A DNA stretch of 17,776 bases. Source: Candidatus Bathyarchaeota archaeon. GTDB taxonomy: Archaea; Thermoproteota; Bathyarchaeia; Bathyarchaeales; Bathycorpusculaceae. A program made the translations under genes and the position numbers. Location: contig CAVYHV010000020.1 in NCBI GenBank assembly GCA_963768425.1, forward strand, positions 1 through 17,776. Direction: 5' to 3'. Within the stretch, counting starts at the first letter, position 1, and every line of letters starts with the position of its first letter. This document shows positions 1 to 9,700 of this stretch, piece after piece. The notes under the pieces are model-generated. The model saw only the letters and a list, made by a program, of their open reading frames with translations. It had not been told where the DNA came from and ran no database searches.

Positions 1-1858
1 TGTTATGGGGGAAAAGCTCCCGAAGTTCACCATAAAGCTGCGCAGCTAAAATCTTGTTGTGCGCGATGATTAATGTCGGCTTTTGAAGACGGTTAATTAC
101 GTTAGCCATGATGAATGTGTTATGAACAAATATTCCGCCTTCTCCTGCCAAGAAGGTTTCATTTTCCTCCACGGAGAAATCGTACACATATTTCTGCCCT
201 TCTACGCAATCAATTTCTCTAATAGGAGACCAGAAAAACTCAAGAAAACCCTCTAATTTGTGTATGTCTTCAAGCATTTTTGGGTTATTATTTTGGTTTG
301 ATAACTGATGTAAAGCAATAACAAGCCTTTTTGTTACGTCTCTTGAAGGCATGCGTTTTCCATTTTCAATCATTGACAAGTGAGGTTGTTCGATGCCAGC
401 AATTGTTGAAAGCTCTCTTTGCAAAAGTTTAAGATCTTTTCTGATTTTTCTAATTAATGCATTTGCTGGAATAACATCGACATTTGTGTTGGCAAATTGC
501 GGCATAATTTTTTTGAGGGCTTCATTCTTCTCTGTTGAACTGAACCCTATTTCTGATTGGAATATTTTTAGATTCTTTTGCCCCGAAATATGAATCTCAA
601 AATAAGGCATTCTTATATTCTTTCCAGGCAAAAGAATCATTCTATTTCTAGTCCTTGTCAATATACCAAAACGTAGAAGCGCGTAGGCTAAGTCAGATGC
701 TAGTTGTTTACTCTTTGTTGTGCATGAGACAGTTCGTCCATTAACACCTCCATCGCCTGAAAAATATGCTCTTAATAGATTAGCAAGCTGTTTGTTAGAA
801 AGTTGCATCCAGAAGTCAGGAAGGTGCTTTGAACCTGAATCTTTACCACACCACCCCTTAATCAATGTAGCATAAAATGTTGAGTAGCACGCGTAATCAT
901 ATGTCTGTGTTCTCTTGTAGACGTAAATCTTGAGCTTATTCATAACTTGCAGAAAATCATCAATGATTTCGTTGTTGCCCGATGATATTGTAAAATACTG
1001 TTTTTCTGCGTGGCCTTCAGCAATGTAATAACCTAAAAACCTTAAGAAATAGTCTGTTAAGTCAATGCTCAGTGGCAAGTCATCGTTCCCATGAAAAAGC
1101 CCGAATTTAGCTTCTTCACTGAATTCTGTGTCGACTGCGAGCAGCGTTTTGTAAGTTTCATATTTGACCCTTTCATTGCTGCATAGTATTCTATGTGCCT
1201 TTGAATAAGATACTGCGGAACCAATTTTTTCCTTGTTCATTTCGTAGGCTGATGCGAAATGCGGTAGCGAAACAAATAATTTTAGCTCTTTGGAAACATC
1301 ATCAGTTATAGAAATATTTTCTAAAGAACTCGCCGGTTCCTCTATTTTGTTTGGGATTGGTAAGAAATCTGTGTTATTAAGATCTGTAGTTTTCAAAAGT
1401 GCCAATTGACTGTCTCTTAAAACAACAAAGTTGTGGTCTTCAGTGACGGTAACTTGTCTTCCACATGTGCTTTGAACTTTATATAACTTCTTTGGGCACT
1501 TGTGCTTGATAAATTGACGTATCCTTTTCCATTCAACTTTTTTGGTTATTTGATCAAAACTATAAGCCTCATAAACATCTTTGATTTCAGAAGAATTCAG
1601 TATCTCCGTGCCATTGATAACTTTTATTTTATTTACGTTTTCTAATAAAATGGCGTTAATTAGCGGACCAATTTTCAGTTTAGTTTGGAGGCCGTTTTTC
1701 CTAATTATGACATCCGTGTCTGATATGACGCTTTTTCCGCTGCCGGTGATGCCGAGGAGGGTTTGTTTGTCTTTTTTGGAGAAGTTGTCGGCTAGCTTTT
1801 CGACGGCGTCAGCCTGTCCAGGCGACATTTTGTATGGTGCGATAAGTTCAAACTGCAC
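1..1858 (-). CDS. uvrB: Excinuclease ABC subunit B (UvrB), 5' part, intein-containing; continues beyond the left window edge
   Basis: Hand translation of the minus strand gives an open frame from GTG at 1858 (GGAG upstream) to the window edge. N-extein is [42 protein letters not shown]; C-extein is [39 protein letters not shown]. Joined, they match the UvrB N-terminus (QTLLGxTGSGKT ... HNKxLAAQLY). Confidence 0.95.
   Translation of the reverse strand, partial: MQFELIAPYKMSPGQADAVEKLADNFSKKDKQTLLGITGSGKSVISDTDVIIRKNGLQTKLKIGPLINAILLENVNKIKVINGTEILNSSEIKDVYEAYSFDQITKKVEWKRIRQFIKHKCPKKLYKVQSTCGRQVTVTEDHNFVVLRDSQLALLKTTDLNNTDFLPIPNKIEEPASSLENISITDDVSKELKLFVSLPHFASAYEMNKEKIGSAVSYSKAHRILCSNERVKYETYKTLLAVDTEFSEEAKFGLFHGNDDLPLSIDLTDYFLRFLGYYIAEGHAEKQYFTISSGNNEIIDDFLQVMNKLKIYVYKRTQTYDYACYSTFYATLIKGWCGKDSGSKHLPDFWMQLSNKQLANLLRAYFSGDGGVNGRTVSCTTKSKQLASDLAYALLRFGILTRTRNRMILLPGKNIRMPYFEIHISGQKNLKIFQSEIGFSSTEKNEALKKIMPQFANTNVDVIPANALIRKIRKDLKLLQRELSTIAGIEQPHLSMIENGKRMPSRDVTKRLVIALHQLSNQNNNPKMLEDIHKLEGFLEFFWSPIREIDCVEGQKYVYDFSVEENETFLAGEGGIFVHNTFIMANVINRLQKPTLIIAHNKILAAQLYGELRELFPHN
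119..1732 (-). mobile_element. Intein (538 aa) with LAGLIDADG homing endonuclease and XRE-like HTH, inserted in the UvrB Walker A motif (GSGK|T)
   Basis: Starts with Ser ([10 protein letters not shown]). Block B is [18 protein letters not shown]-like motifs FLGYYIAEG (~1013-1045) and [10 protein letters not shown] (~749-780). Blocks F/G are [24 protein letters not shown], followed by Thr+1. The frame is open throughout and visibly more AT-rich than the exteins. Confidence 0.95.
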
Positions 1859-1989
1859 TTTAGCTTCTCCACAACCCTTCTAAGAAATGACCCAATCGTT
1901 TGAACTAATAAGGTTTTTTCTATGAGAATGCATCGTTGTACATGACACGTGTCATAGCCACTTAAAAGTTTACTCCCCATAAATGTTAC

Positions 1990-2604
1990 CTACGCCAACG
2001 GAACTCCGCCAATCCAGGCAGGAACAATCTCACAACCCGTTATCGCACTTTCACTCGCCGTGGCCAGATAAATGGAAATCGTCGCGGTTTCCCCACTCTT
2101 TAAAAATGCAAATGACAATCCATCAGGCGGAAGCCCAACTTGCGTTAAATCGGTTGCCTGAATTTCTTTGTTTTCATTAAATATCTTCGCAGCCAAGAAA
2201 ACGTATGCGCTAGTTGGAGAACCTGGGTAAGGATTAGGCGTTGGAAACTGTGATGAATAGTCATTACGTACTGTGACGTTGATGATGACGCATGGCTCGC
2301 CCTTTTTTACTACTGGCGGACTGCCTGGTTTGCTTCCAATAGCGGACCGCGTGTAAGGGTATGAACCAGAAGTCAGGATTGCAGAAACAACAAAGATTCT
2401 AGTAATGTTGCCTCGGAATGTCAAATAGTAGCCGGCAATTGGTTGCATCGATGCTATATTGGGTTTGACGGCGCCGCCTGGCCAAAACGAGATTTCCTGT
2501 GTGACCCAAAGAGAAACCAACAAAACTGCTACGAGTGCAAGCACTGCGATAACTAACTTGTTTTTCTTGTTGAATCGTTTTGGGTTTTGACTATGGCTTG
2601 CCAT
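1990..2604 (-). CDS. Hypothetical membrane-anchored protein (204 aa), N-terminal TM/signal anchor plus beta-rich extracellular domain
   Basis: ORF track gives 1990..2730, but ATG at 2604 fits better: MASHSQNPKRFNKKNK (basic) followed by LVIAVLALVAVLLVSLWV (hydrophobic). The rest is beta-strand-like (VIINVTVRNDY, SGETATISIYL). Confidence 0.7.
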   Translation of the reverse strand: MASHSQNPKRFNKKNKLVIAVLALVAVLLVSLWVTQEISFWPGGAVKPNIASMQPIAGYYLTFRGNITRIFVVSAILTSGSYPYTRSAIGSKPGSPPVVKKGEPCVIINVTVRNDYSSQFPTPNPYPGSPTSAYVFLAAKIFNENKEIQATDLTQVGLPPDGLSFAFLKSGETATISIYLATASESAITGCEIVPAWIGGVPLA

Positions 2605-2758
2605 GGACAGGGTGAAGCAGATTGAACTCTTAACTCTTCGCAATAGAACGCTTGTTCTACAAAATAGTCCATCCGCCGTGCAAGTGTAAACAATGTTGAC
2701 AATGGTTGAAAAAAACATTTGCGCCTCCAAGAAAAATCGAGGCTGCGCACGTGTTATT

Positions 2759-3052
2759 TTAGTTAACTTTCATTGTGCCGAATTTGCCGACGTTTAGTTG
2801 CTTTTCGCTTTTGAAGCTGGTTATGTAGCCGTTGTCGATTTTTACGTTGTCTCCAACGTTAACTTGGTCGATCTGCTCGTTCCACAGCGTCAACTTGATG
2901 CTGCCCGTTTCATCTGCGACTACTGCGTCCACGATGCGGTATGTTTCGTCTTTAAAACGGGATTTGACTTCTCTTGGGTCGCCTTTTTCAACAACTTTCG
3001 CTTCAACACTGACCCGTTTCATTCCATCCTGCAAATCCTTAATTGCTGTCAA
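2759..3052 (-). CDS. Single OB-fold single-stranded DNA-binding protein (archaeal SSB/RPA-like)
   Basis: Motifs IKDL, V.AKVVE, VADETGSIKLTLWNEQ and GDNVKIDNGY are typical of the archaeal SSB OB fold. TTG start with an AGGTGA RBS. Confidence 0.9.
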   Translation of the reverse strand: MTAIKDLQDGMKRVSVEAKVVEKGDPREVKSRFKDETYRIVDAVVADETGSIKLTLWNEQIDQVNVGDNVKIDNGYITSFKSEKQLNVGKFGTMKVN

Positions 3053-3115
3053 CTTAATTCACCTGAACTATGTTCCTCGCTAAAGGTTTTTCAATTGCAA
3101 AGGTGAATTTCAATC

Positions 3116-3122
3116 ATATAAA
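3116..3122 (-). promoter_or_regulatory. Putative TATA box of the SSB gene
   Basis: TTTATAT on the minus strand about 65 nt upstream of the TTG start, preceded by a purine-rich BRE-like stretch. Confidence 0.45.
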
Positions 3123-3133
3123 TCTTGCTTAAA

Positions 3134-4475
3134 CAGTAGATGCGAATACTTATGGCTAGCTTTGCCTGATATCTTCTTGGGACAAGTTTGGATAATGTCT
3201 TCTTGAAGTTCAAGAGCTTTGTTCAAGAGCTTGTTTCGCCGATCTTCACTTTTCAAATGAAGCAGTATGCATGGTACCGAAAAGCCGACATCATTGATTT
3301 AATGCTCAGAGTAGCCCTCATGAATTGTTATGCTGAAGGACTCACAAACGCACTTCGCAAACAAAAAGCTAAAAGAAAAAGCACGCCCACATCTGAGACT
3401 GCCCTAGCCTACCTTAAAACGCAAACCATCAATGACACCCTCCAAGTCGCCAGAACTCAGATTTTAAAATGCGTAACACTGTTTGCCAAAAAAAGACTAG
3501 TATTAACCAACGTCGCTATAGCGTTTGACTGGCACGATGTGCGATTCTACGGAAAACACAGTAAGGAAGGAGTAGTAGGCACCAAGCCTGAACGTGGAAC
3601 AAGCTATGCCTACTGCTACCTTACCGTCAGCATCATCACGCCCGGCAAACGCCTTGTGCTTGCAGTCGTTCCGCTACTATCAAAAGATGAATTGTGGCAA
3701 ATAGTTCTTCCGCTTCTTGACCAAGTACTGCAGAACGTCAAAGCAGTCTCCTACGTGCGCCTTTGACAACGGTTTCCAAGACAGCAAGCTTCTGCAGGCG
3801 CTTATCGACCGCAACATTGGCTTCATTGTTCCTTTGCGTGACACGGTTAAGCTGCGTAGGCGTTGGAGGTGGAAACGCTACCTCAAACGCTTCACGTACT
3901 GCACTAAAGGTGTCTGGGTTGACGTGGTTGAGGCTGTTGACTCTAAGGGCACGCAGTATTTTCTTGGCACCAACCTGCCGGGGCGACCGAAGCGTGTTTT
4001 GAAGCTGTACAAGAAGCGTTGGGGCATAGAGACCAGCTATAGGGTGATTGGGCAGTTCTTGGCTAAGACAACTTGCGATGACTACTCGGTTAGGGTCTGG
4101 TATTTTGTTTTGGCTGTTCTGCTGTATAATGTGTGGGTTCTTCTAAACGCCCGGGCAAAGGATCATGTCATCGTGGTGAGGCTGAAGCTTTTGTGCTTGT
4201 GGTCTTCGCCTGCTGTTTCATGCAAGCTGTCAGATTCGTTTGGATAACTGCTACCTTTGAGGTGTAGTGTGAGGCTTAAAGGCGAAATGATAGGTGACGT
4301 TTTCTTTTTCTTAAAGTCTTAGCTATGTTTTGTCTTGCCCCCTGTTTCTACAGGCTTGATGGCGCCACTCGACTGTAAAGTTCTCTAAAATAATTCGCAG
4401 CCAAAGTCTTCAGCGTCGCCCATTCAACCAAATCAAAAGGTCCAATCGAATTGTGCTAATTATTCGCATCTACTG
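3134..4475 (+). mobile_element. ISH3-family insertion sequence, 1,342 bp
   Basis: Perfect 15-bp terminal inverted repeats CAGTAGATGCGAATA (3134-3148) and TATTCGCATCTACTG (4461-4475). 4-bp direct repeat TAAA at 3130-3133 and 4476-4479. 5'-CAG ends and short target duplications are characteristic of ISH3. Encloses a DDE transposase. Confidence 0.9.
3188..4247 (+). pseudogene. ISH3/IS4-superfamily DDE transposase split by a single extra base near 3757 (about 352 aa if repaired)
   Basis: ORF 3188..3766 has IAFDWHDVRFYG (first Asp). ORF 3717..4247 has AFDNGF (second Asp) and YKKRWGIETSYR (Y-R-E motif). TAC GTG C GCC TTT GAC AAC reads YVAFDN if one base is removed. Confidence 0.85.
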
Positions 4476-4506
4476 TAAAGAATAATGTGCCTTCTTAGCT
4501 GCGGAG

Positions 4507-4538
4507 AAAAAAAGCAAAAAGCCCTCGGAAAAAGAGGG
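4507..4538 (-). terminator. Putative terminator of the Yip1 gene (short hairpin plus T-tracts)
   Basis: Minus strand reads CCCTC-TTTTTCC-GAGGG then CTTTTTGCTTTTTTT, starting about 12 nt after the stop codon. Confidence 0.55.
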
Positions 4539-4550
4539 TTAGGAGAGGTT

Positions 4551-5801
4551 TTAGACAAGTCCTACGAGTAGGAGCGACAGAAACAGGGTGACGGCTACAG
4601 CGATACCGGCGATCATAATTCTTTTTGTTGTCGAGAACTCTGGTTTTAGTGTTCCAACTACTATGGTGGATAAGGCGCCAAGCCAAACGTAGGAGACGAT
4701 GAACATTATGAAAACGACTGTGCCGAATCCGGCGGTGGCTGTGTTGATGCTGTTCAAGATGGTTTGCGACTGGGCTGTAAGGGTGCTTGCTGTTCCAGCG
4801 TATGTTGTGGCTCCGAAGAAGTTGAAGCGCACTCCAAGTGTTATGTCGTAGGGGTAGTATAGCGTGGGTAATGTGGCTGCGGCAAGAATGTTGATTAATG
4901 ATCTGATAACCATCACGATCAAGGCGAAGCCTGTTCCGACGAAAACCGGTTTCCAAACATGGCTGGTTTTCAAGCCATAGAAGAACAGGTAGATTATCCC
5001 TGTTAATATGAACCACATTAGGATGAATTCGAAGCCGTATGAGGAGAGGAATTGTTCAACGAGTCCCAGGCTGTCGGTTTGCACTGGCGTATTGTATTGT
5101 CCTCGGAAGAATAGGGCCCCGATGCGGATGGTTACGTTGGAGTTAGCTGGATAGGTTATGCTGAGTTGCAGAGCGGTAATGTTCCCCCATGAGGGAGTGC
5201 CGGTGAGGGTCCAACCTGACGCTTTTTGTCCCAGCGGGATAGTTAAGTTGTTCCAGACATCAACTGTCGCCATGTTTAAGGCTGAGGTCAGATCGTAGGT
5301 ATAGAAGCTTGTGTCGTTAAGTGAATACAAAGTTAAAGAAGCACTTTGGGGTTCAGAAGAAGGTGCCACCTGCTTCATGGTTAAAGAGAGATTTTGGAAT
5401 CCCGACGGGGCACTGCAATCCACGTTGAATGCGTTGCTTATCTTAGCAGCTATGTTGTTTGTGTGGAGAGCATCCATTTCAAGGCTGCTGTTTCCAAACA
5501 AGCTGTAATTGGTATTTAGGGCAGCAACGAATATGCTATAGTTAAATGGATCAGCGAAATTGTCACTTAAATGCGAATTTGAACTCCACGATGTTGAGTT
5601 AATGAAATCTTGTTGCTGGCCAACCTGTGGCATAGTGTTCTCTGTGTAGATCTTGGAGAACTGGACGAACTCGAAGCCCATGGCCAAGCCGACGAAAAGG
5701 ATCAGAACCAGAATTGCGCCGATATATTTTGGGTTTTCCACGATTTTCTTGAATGCCTTTGCAGGTGCATAAATTACTTCAGCGAGGTCGTTAAGAATCA
5801 A
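4551..5801 (-). CDS. Yip1-domain membrane protein with a large extracellular insert
   Basis: N-terminus EVIYAPAKAFKKIVENPKYIGAILVLILF matches the prokaryotic Yip1 start. One N-terminal TM, about 200 aa of soluble beta-rich sequence with many N-x-S/T sequons, then four C-terminal TMs. GGAG RBS before TTG. Confidence 0.8.
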   Translation of the reverse strand: MILNDLAEVIYAPAKAFKKIVENPKYIGAILVLILFVGLAMGFEFVQFSKIYTENTMPQVGQQQDFINSTSWSSNSHLSDNFADPFNYSIFVAALNTNYSLFGNSSLEMDALHTNNIAAKISNAFNVDCSAPSGFQNLSLTMKQVAPSSEPQSASLTLYSLNDTSFYTYDLTSALNMATVDVWNNLTIPLGQKASGWTLTGTPSWGNITALQLSITYPANSNVTIRIGALFFRGQYNTPVQTDSLGLVEQFLSSYGFEFILMWFILTGIIYLFFYGLKTSHVWKPVFVGTGFALIVMVIRSLINILAAATLPTLYYPYDITLGVRFNFFGATTYAGTASTLTAQSQTILNSINTATAGFGTVVFIMFIVSYVWLGALSTIVVGTLKPEFSTTKRIMIAGIAVAVTLFLSLLLVGLV

Positions 5802-5927
5802 TCTCTTGGCTCCTCGCTACTTGTGTTTCAATGTTATTTATTAAAGTATTTGTTATTTTGACAAGTCATTTATCGATTTCTTGCACCCGAATTAATGAAA
5901 TCTTGGACTTTTCAAGGTGTGGCTACT

Positions 5928-6330
5928 ATGAGTAAGATGACAGACTCAAACAAAGAATGTCTTCTTAGTTTCGTTAGCGGTCAACAATTCTTTAACTCCA
6001 AACTAAAAGACAGAATAGAAACAGAACAGTATGTACACTTTACGCATGAAACAATACTGTGATGACATTGGCAAGAATCCAGACGAATTACTTAAGCTAA
6101 AGCCTACAATGTTTGAAGTTTTTGCTATGATGCAAAAAGATATAGACGTATCAACAATTAGGGAAACAGCGGCAAAAGACACTTTAGAAAACTATCTTGC
6201 AAAGGATACAATTCATGATAGAAAAATAAAGGAAAATAAATCTTTTGCATTAAGTTCTAAACTTGGTTTTTTGACAGCCGTTAAGAGCTACAATGTAGTA
6301 ACCCCAATCAGTCAGGCTATTTGTCCCTGA
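5928..6330 (+). pseudogene. Truncated, frameshifted N-terminal fragment resembling an archaeal tyrosine recombinase/integrase
   Basis: ATG 5928 (AAGGTG upstream) reads MSKMTDSNKECLLSF...ETEQ, then the sequence shifts frame into YTLRMKQYCDDIGKNPDELLKLK...FLTAVKSY. This resembles the N-terminal core-binding region of archaeal integrases. No catalytic R-H-R-Y domain follows. Confidence 0.5.
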
Positions 6331-6401
6331 CTCTATAAACCATGCAATATCTCCTTGTTCAAGTTTTAGTAATCAACCCCACGGGTCCCCATAGGTGAGG
6401 G

Positions 6402-6541
6402 GGTGATTTGTGGGAGTTTATCAGCTAGTTCAAGCAGACTTTCGTGGTGTTTTTCAACATATATTCCTGACCTGAACCCTACTAAGTCAAACTTTGAAGC
6501 TCTTTAGGGTTAGTTTGTTGTGGAGTTTTAACTTTTGCATC
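6402..6541 (-). pseudogene. Flavodoxin-family gene relic
   Basis: Minus strand reads DAKVKTPQQTNPKELQ, a frameshift, then DLVGFRSGIYVEKHHESLLELADKLPQIT. This matches the flavodoxin-like DLIGFGSGIY..KHH..LL motif. Both ends are missing. Confidence 0.7.
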
Positions 6542-6635
6542 GATAAAATTTCCACTTAACTAAAACCACTTTTTAATCATTAGCGATTTGGTAATATCTT
6601 TTAACCACTTTTAAGTAGGAATTTATCCGAGTGCT

Positions 6636-6703
6636 TCTAAATAGAGCCTGTAGTTTTTGGTTGTCTCATGTTTTCTATGGCGACAGGTGATAAATACAAC
6701 TTC
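6636..6703 (+). promoter_or_regulatory. Upstream region copy 1, shared with 10391..10458
   Basis: TCTAAATAG...TAGTTT...GTTTTCTATGGCGACA...TAAATACA.CTTC aligns with copy 2. Identical 16-mer at 6670-6685; TATA-like TAAATA at 6691-6696. Confidence 0.75.
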
Positions 6704-6738
6704 TTTTCAAGTCGCTTTGTTTAGCGGAGAAAGAGAAA

Positions 6739-9700
6739 ATGAAGAAGGCTGCAGTAGTATTCATTATTGGGATTCTTTGTTTATCTATGTTCGTGGTTAT
6801 TCTGCCTAAAGAAGGCAAAAACTCTACGCCTATCATTCCAGTTGTTAAAGCTTCTTTGTCGTACAACGTGTACTTTGACCAATCTGGTTTGCCTAATGCC
6901 CAATGGGCTGTTTGGGGTGTCATGCTCGACGGACAAACCTTACATTCAAATGATGGTGGTAACTCATTTTCTACAATAGTATTCTCAGAAGCCAACGGCC
7001 TGAGCGGCACATTTTATGTAATTCCACCTTCTGGAGAAACGGCATCACCTTCTTCCGGAACAGTAACAGTAAACGGTGGGGACTTAAATGTACAAATTAT
7101 TTTTGACCAATCCCCAGTCTCTACCCCAACGCCTACTTCATCTCCAACACCAACACCAGCTACCACAGCAACCCCGTCGCCCATCCCCACTCCCACTCCT
7201 ACTTCCACTTATAACCCTAATCCTACGCCAACTCCTACCCCGACTCCTGGGAGTCAGACCTATAACGCTTTGTTTGTCGCATCAGGCTTAAATAATGCAG
7301 AAATTTGGAGCGTCAACCTGAACAATTACCCAGTCCCTGAGAAATCCTCAAATGGACTAGGTACTATTGTGTTTTCAGGAATTCCGAACGGAGGTCCATT
7401 CTCATTCAGCATAACTGGTCCACCCGGATTTGTGGCAAAACCCTCAACAGGGTCGTTCCAAGTTAATTACAGTGATGTAAACACGGTGATATCTTTCAGT
7501 CCAGCCAGTGGATCCTGCAATCTTGCGATAGCGGCTGGCTCTGGTGGGTCAGTTTCGTTCTGGTCTAATCCTGGATATTCGGGCGAAGTGTTGTCCATGC
7601 AGTCGCAAGGAATTAATGTTCCGCAAGGCTGGCAGGGAAATTTTATTGCTAATGCAGACGGATCACATGTCTTCAATTCCTGGTCAACAACAGGCTCCGT
7701 GATTGCATCTAACCCTTCTACACAAACTGAGATAGCCACTGTCAACGGAAACGGAGCTTTAACGGCGAATTTCATTAGTATTTCTTCGACGAGCCTAACT
7801 TTCTCACCTCCCGCCATCTATTCGGGTTCTCCTATTACCTGCAAAGCCACGGTGTCTGGATCCAACCCTACAGGCACAATAACATGGACAATAAGCGATA
7901 GCAATGGATATTTCACCACTTACCAAACGTTGCTAACCTCAATGACTTCATCCACAACTTTAACTGACACATTAAACCCAATTTCAGATATAACCATCAA
8001 TGCACAATATAGCGGAGATTCAAATAACGCCCCAAGTTTCGGTTTTTATGATTTCAATTTGATTTCTCCTCCAACACCTGGCGACTTTGGAATCTATGTA
8101 CAGCAACCTTCAACTTTGGTTGCTTCACCGAAAGAGGCTACGGCTTTTGTTGTTATAATTTCTTCAATAAGCGGATTCAATTCCCCCGTCTCACTAACAG
8201 CCACGACAGATAGTACCGACGTGACCATGACGCTTTCAAACCCTACCATAACACCTCCCAAAGATGGGTTAGCTCAATCAAGTATAGAAGTCTCAGTCAT
8301 CTCCACCGCACTTACATCCCACATAATAACAATAACTGGAACCAGCCAAGGGATTAGTCATTCAACAACTGCGACTTTGATGGTACCATTCCTGTCTGTA
8401 CCTTATTATGACCAAGGAGACACACAATGGTGTACCCCCACCTCTGTCGCAATGGTAATGAAATACTATGGGGTTAATCTTCATCCGTGGGATTTAGCTA
8501 ATGCATTCCTGGAAGACCACAATGGGCAGGGCGTCGGTGGGTTAGTAATAAATGTCCCGCTTATGGTCGCCTACTTTGCATCATTTGGACTGACAACGGA
8601 ATATAATTTTAACGTAAACCTTCCAAATATCGAAGCCATGTTGAACAAAAATGAGCCTGTTATTTTAAGCAGTCAAAGTCTGCAACATACAGTTGTTGTA
8701 ACTGGTTATTTGGACTCAGGAACTGACACGACTTTATATGTAAACGATCCTTCCGGCGACCTAATTTTTGGATTACAGCTAGGTGGGAGCAGTCCCTACA
8801 TTCAATATCCAGTACCCTGGTCAGATCTTAAGTCGCATATCGGTCTGGGATCTGAGATAGTGGGTATTGCTGGAACTCCAGATCCGCCGAAAGGAACTTT
8901 AAGATTTGTAGGTGGCGGTAACGCCGCAAACGGTGAGCTTCAAACGATAAGTGTTGATCATTTAGGAACAAGCCAACCAAGTTCCGACGTCTATGTTTGG
9001 GAAAGTGGTTACAATTGGGTTAGTGGACGCGCAGAGGGATTGATTTGGTTAACTTCTCCTAATCATCAAAGCAGTCTTGACCCGCAAGATACGCTTTACA
9101 TAAAGGACACTCCGATTATCAACCCAACGTCTGAATCCGAGAGCTATACCTTTGAAATATCATTCCTAAAAAACGGTGAAGAGGTTTTTGGCAAAGGGGG
9201 AACGATAGAAGTTCCTGCCGAAAGTTGGCGCGATCTGCCAAGTTCACTTTCTATCCTTAAGTTGAGTGACATACTTTCTCAGTTCGGAACCTACACAATA
9301 AGACTTACACTCTATACATCTTCCGATTCAACATTGTGCGATTCTATTGATTTGCCGTCAATAGATTATAATCCGGAGACCTTTTCGTCGGCTGGAATAA
9401 TGTATGGTGGGACAATCGGTACAATCGTGCCCTCAATGGATGAAAGCGTTAAGGCAACCGGAATTAGTGTTGGAATTAGCGGATCCTCTGCTTTGGACCT
9501 CACCCCTATTACAATTACTTCAACAGACTATGGTTTGGTAAATCCAGGTACAACCTCCATCAACTTAGGAGACGCATTATACTATGATGTGCAAGTTCAA
9601 GGCATTTCGGATGGAACTGCTACAATTAGCATAACCGAGACCTCAGGTCAGAACATTATGCAGTATTGGGACGGATCAGAGTGGGTGTCTGCCAGTGATG

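Noticed and set aside
393-1980. ORFs 393..593 (+), 1581..1883 (+) and 1792..1980 (-)
   Set aside because: Antisense or out-of-frame shadows of the uvrB/intein reading frame.
2605-2730. Extended N-terminus of ORF 1990..2730
   Set aside because: The first 42 codons do not look protein-like. ATG 2604 directly precedes a basic-plus-hydrophobic anchor.
3740-3770. Programmed ribosomal frameshift in the transposase
   Set aside because: No slippery motif is present, the break lies beside a catalytic Asp motif, and ISH3 transposases are normally single ORFs.
7014-7817. Minus-strand ORFs with VG repeats, and similar short ORFs inside the large genes (e.g. 9988..10287, 13212..13442)
   Set aside because: Antisense mirrors of the PT linker and of the duplicated dockerin cassette.
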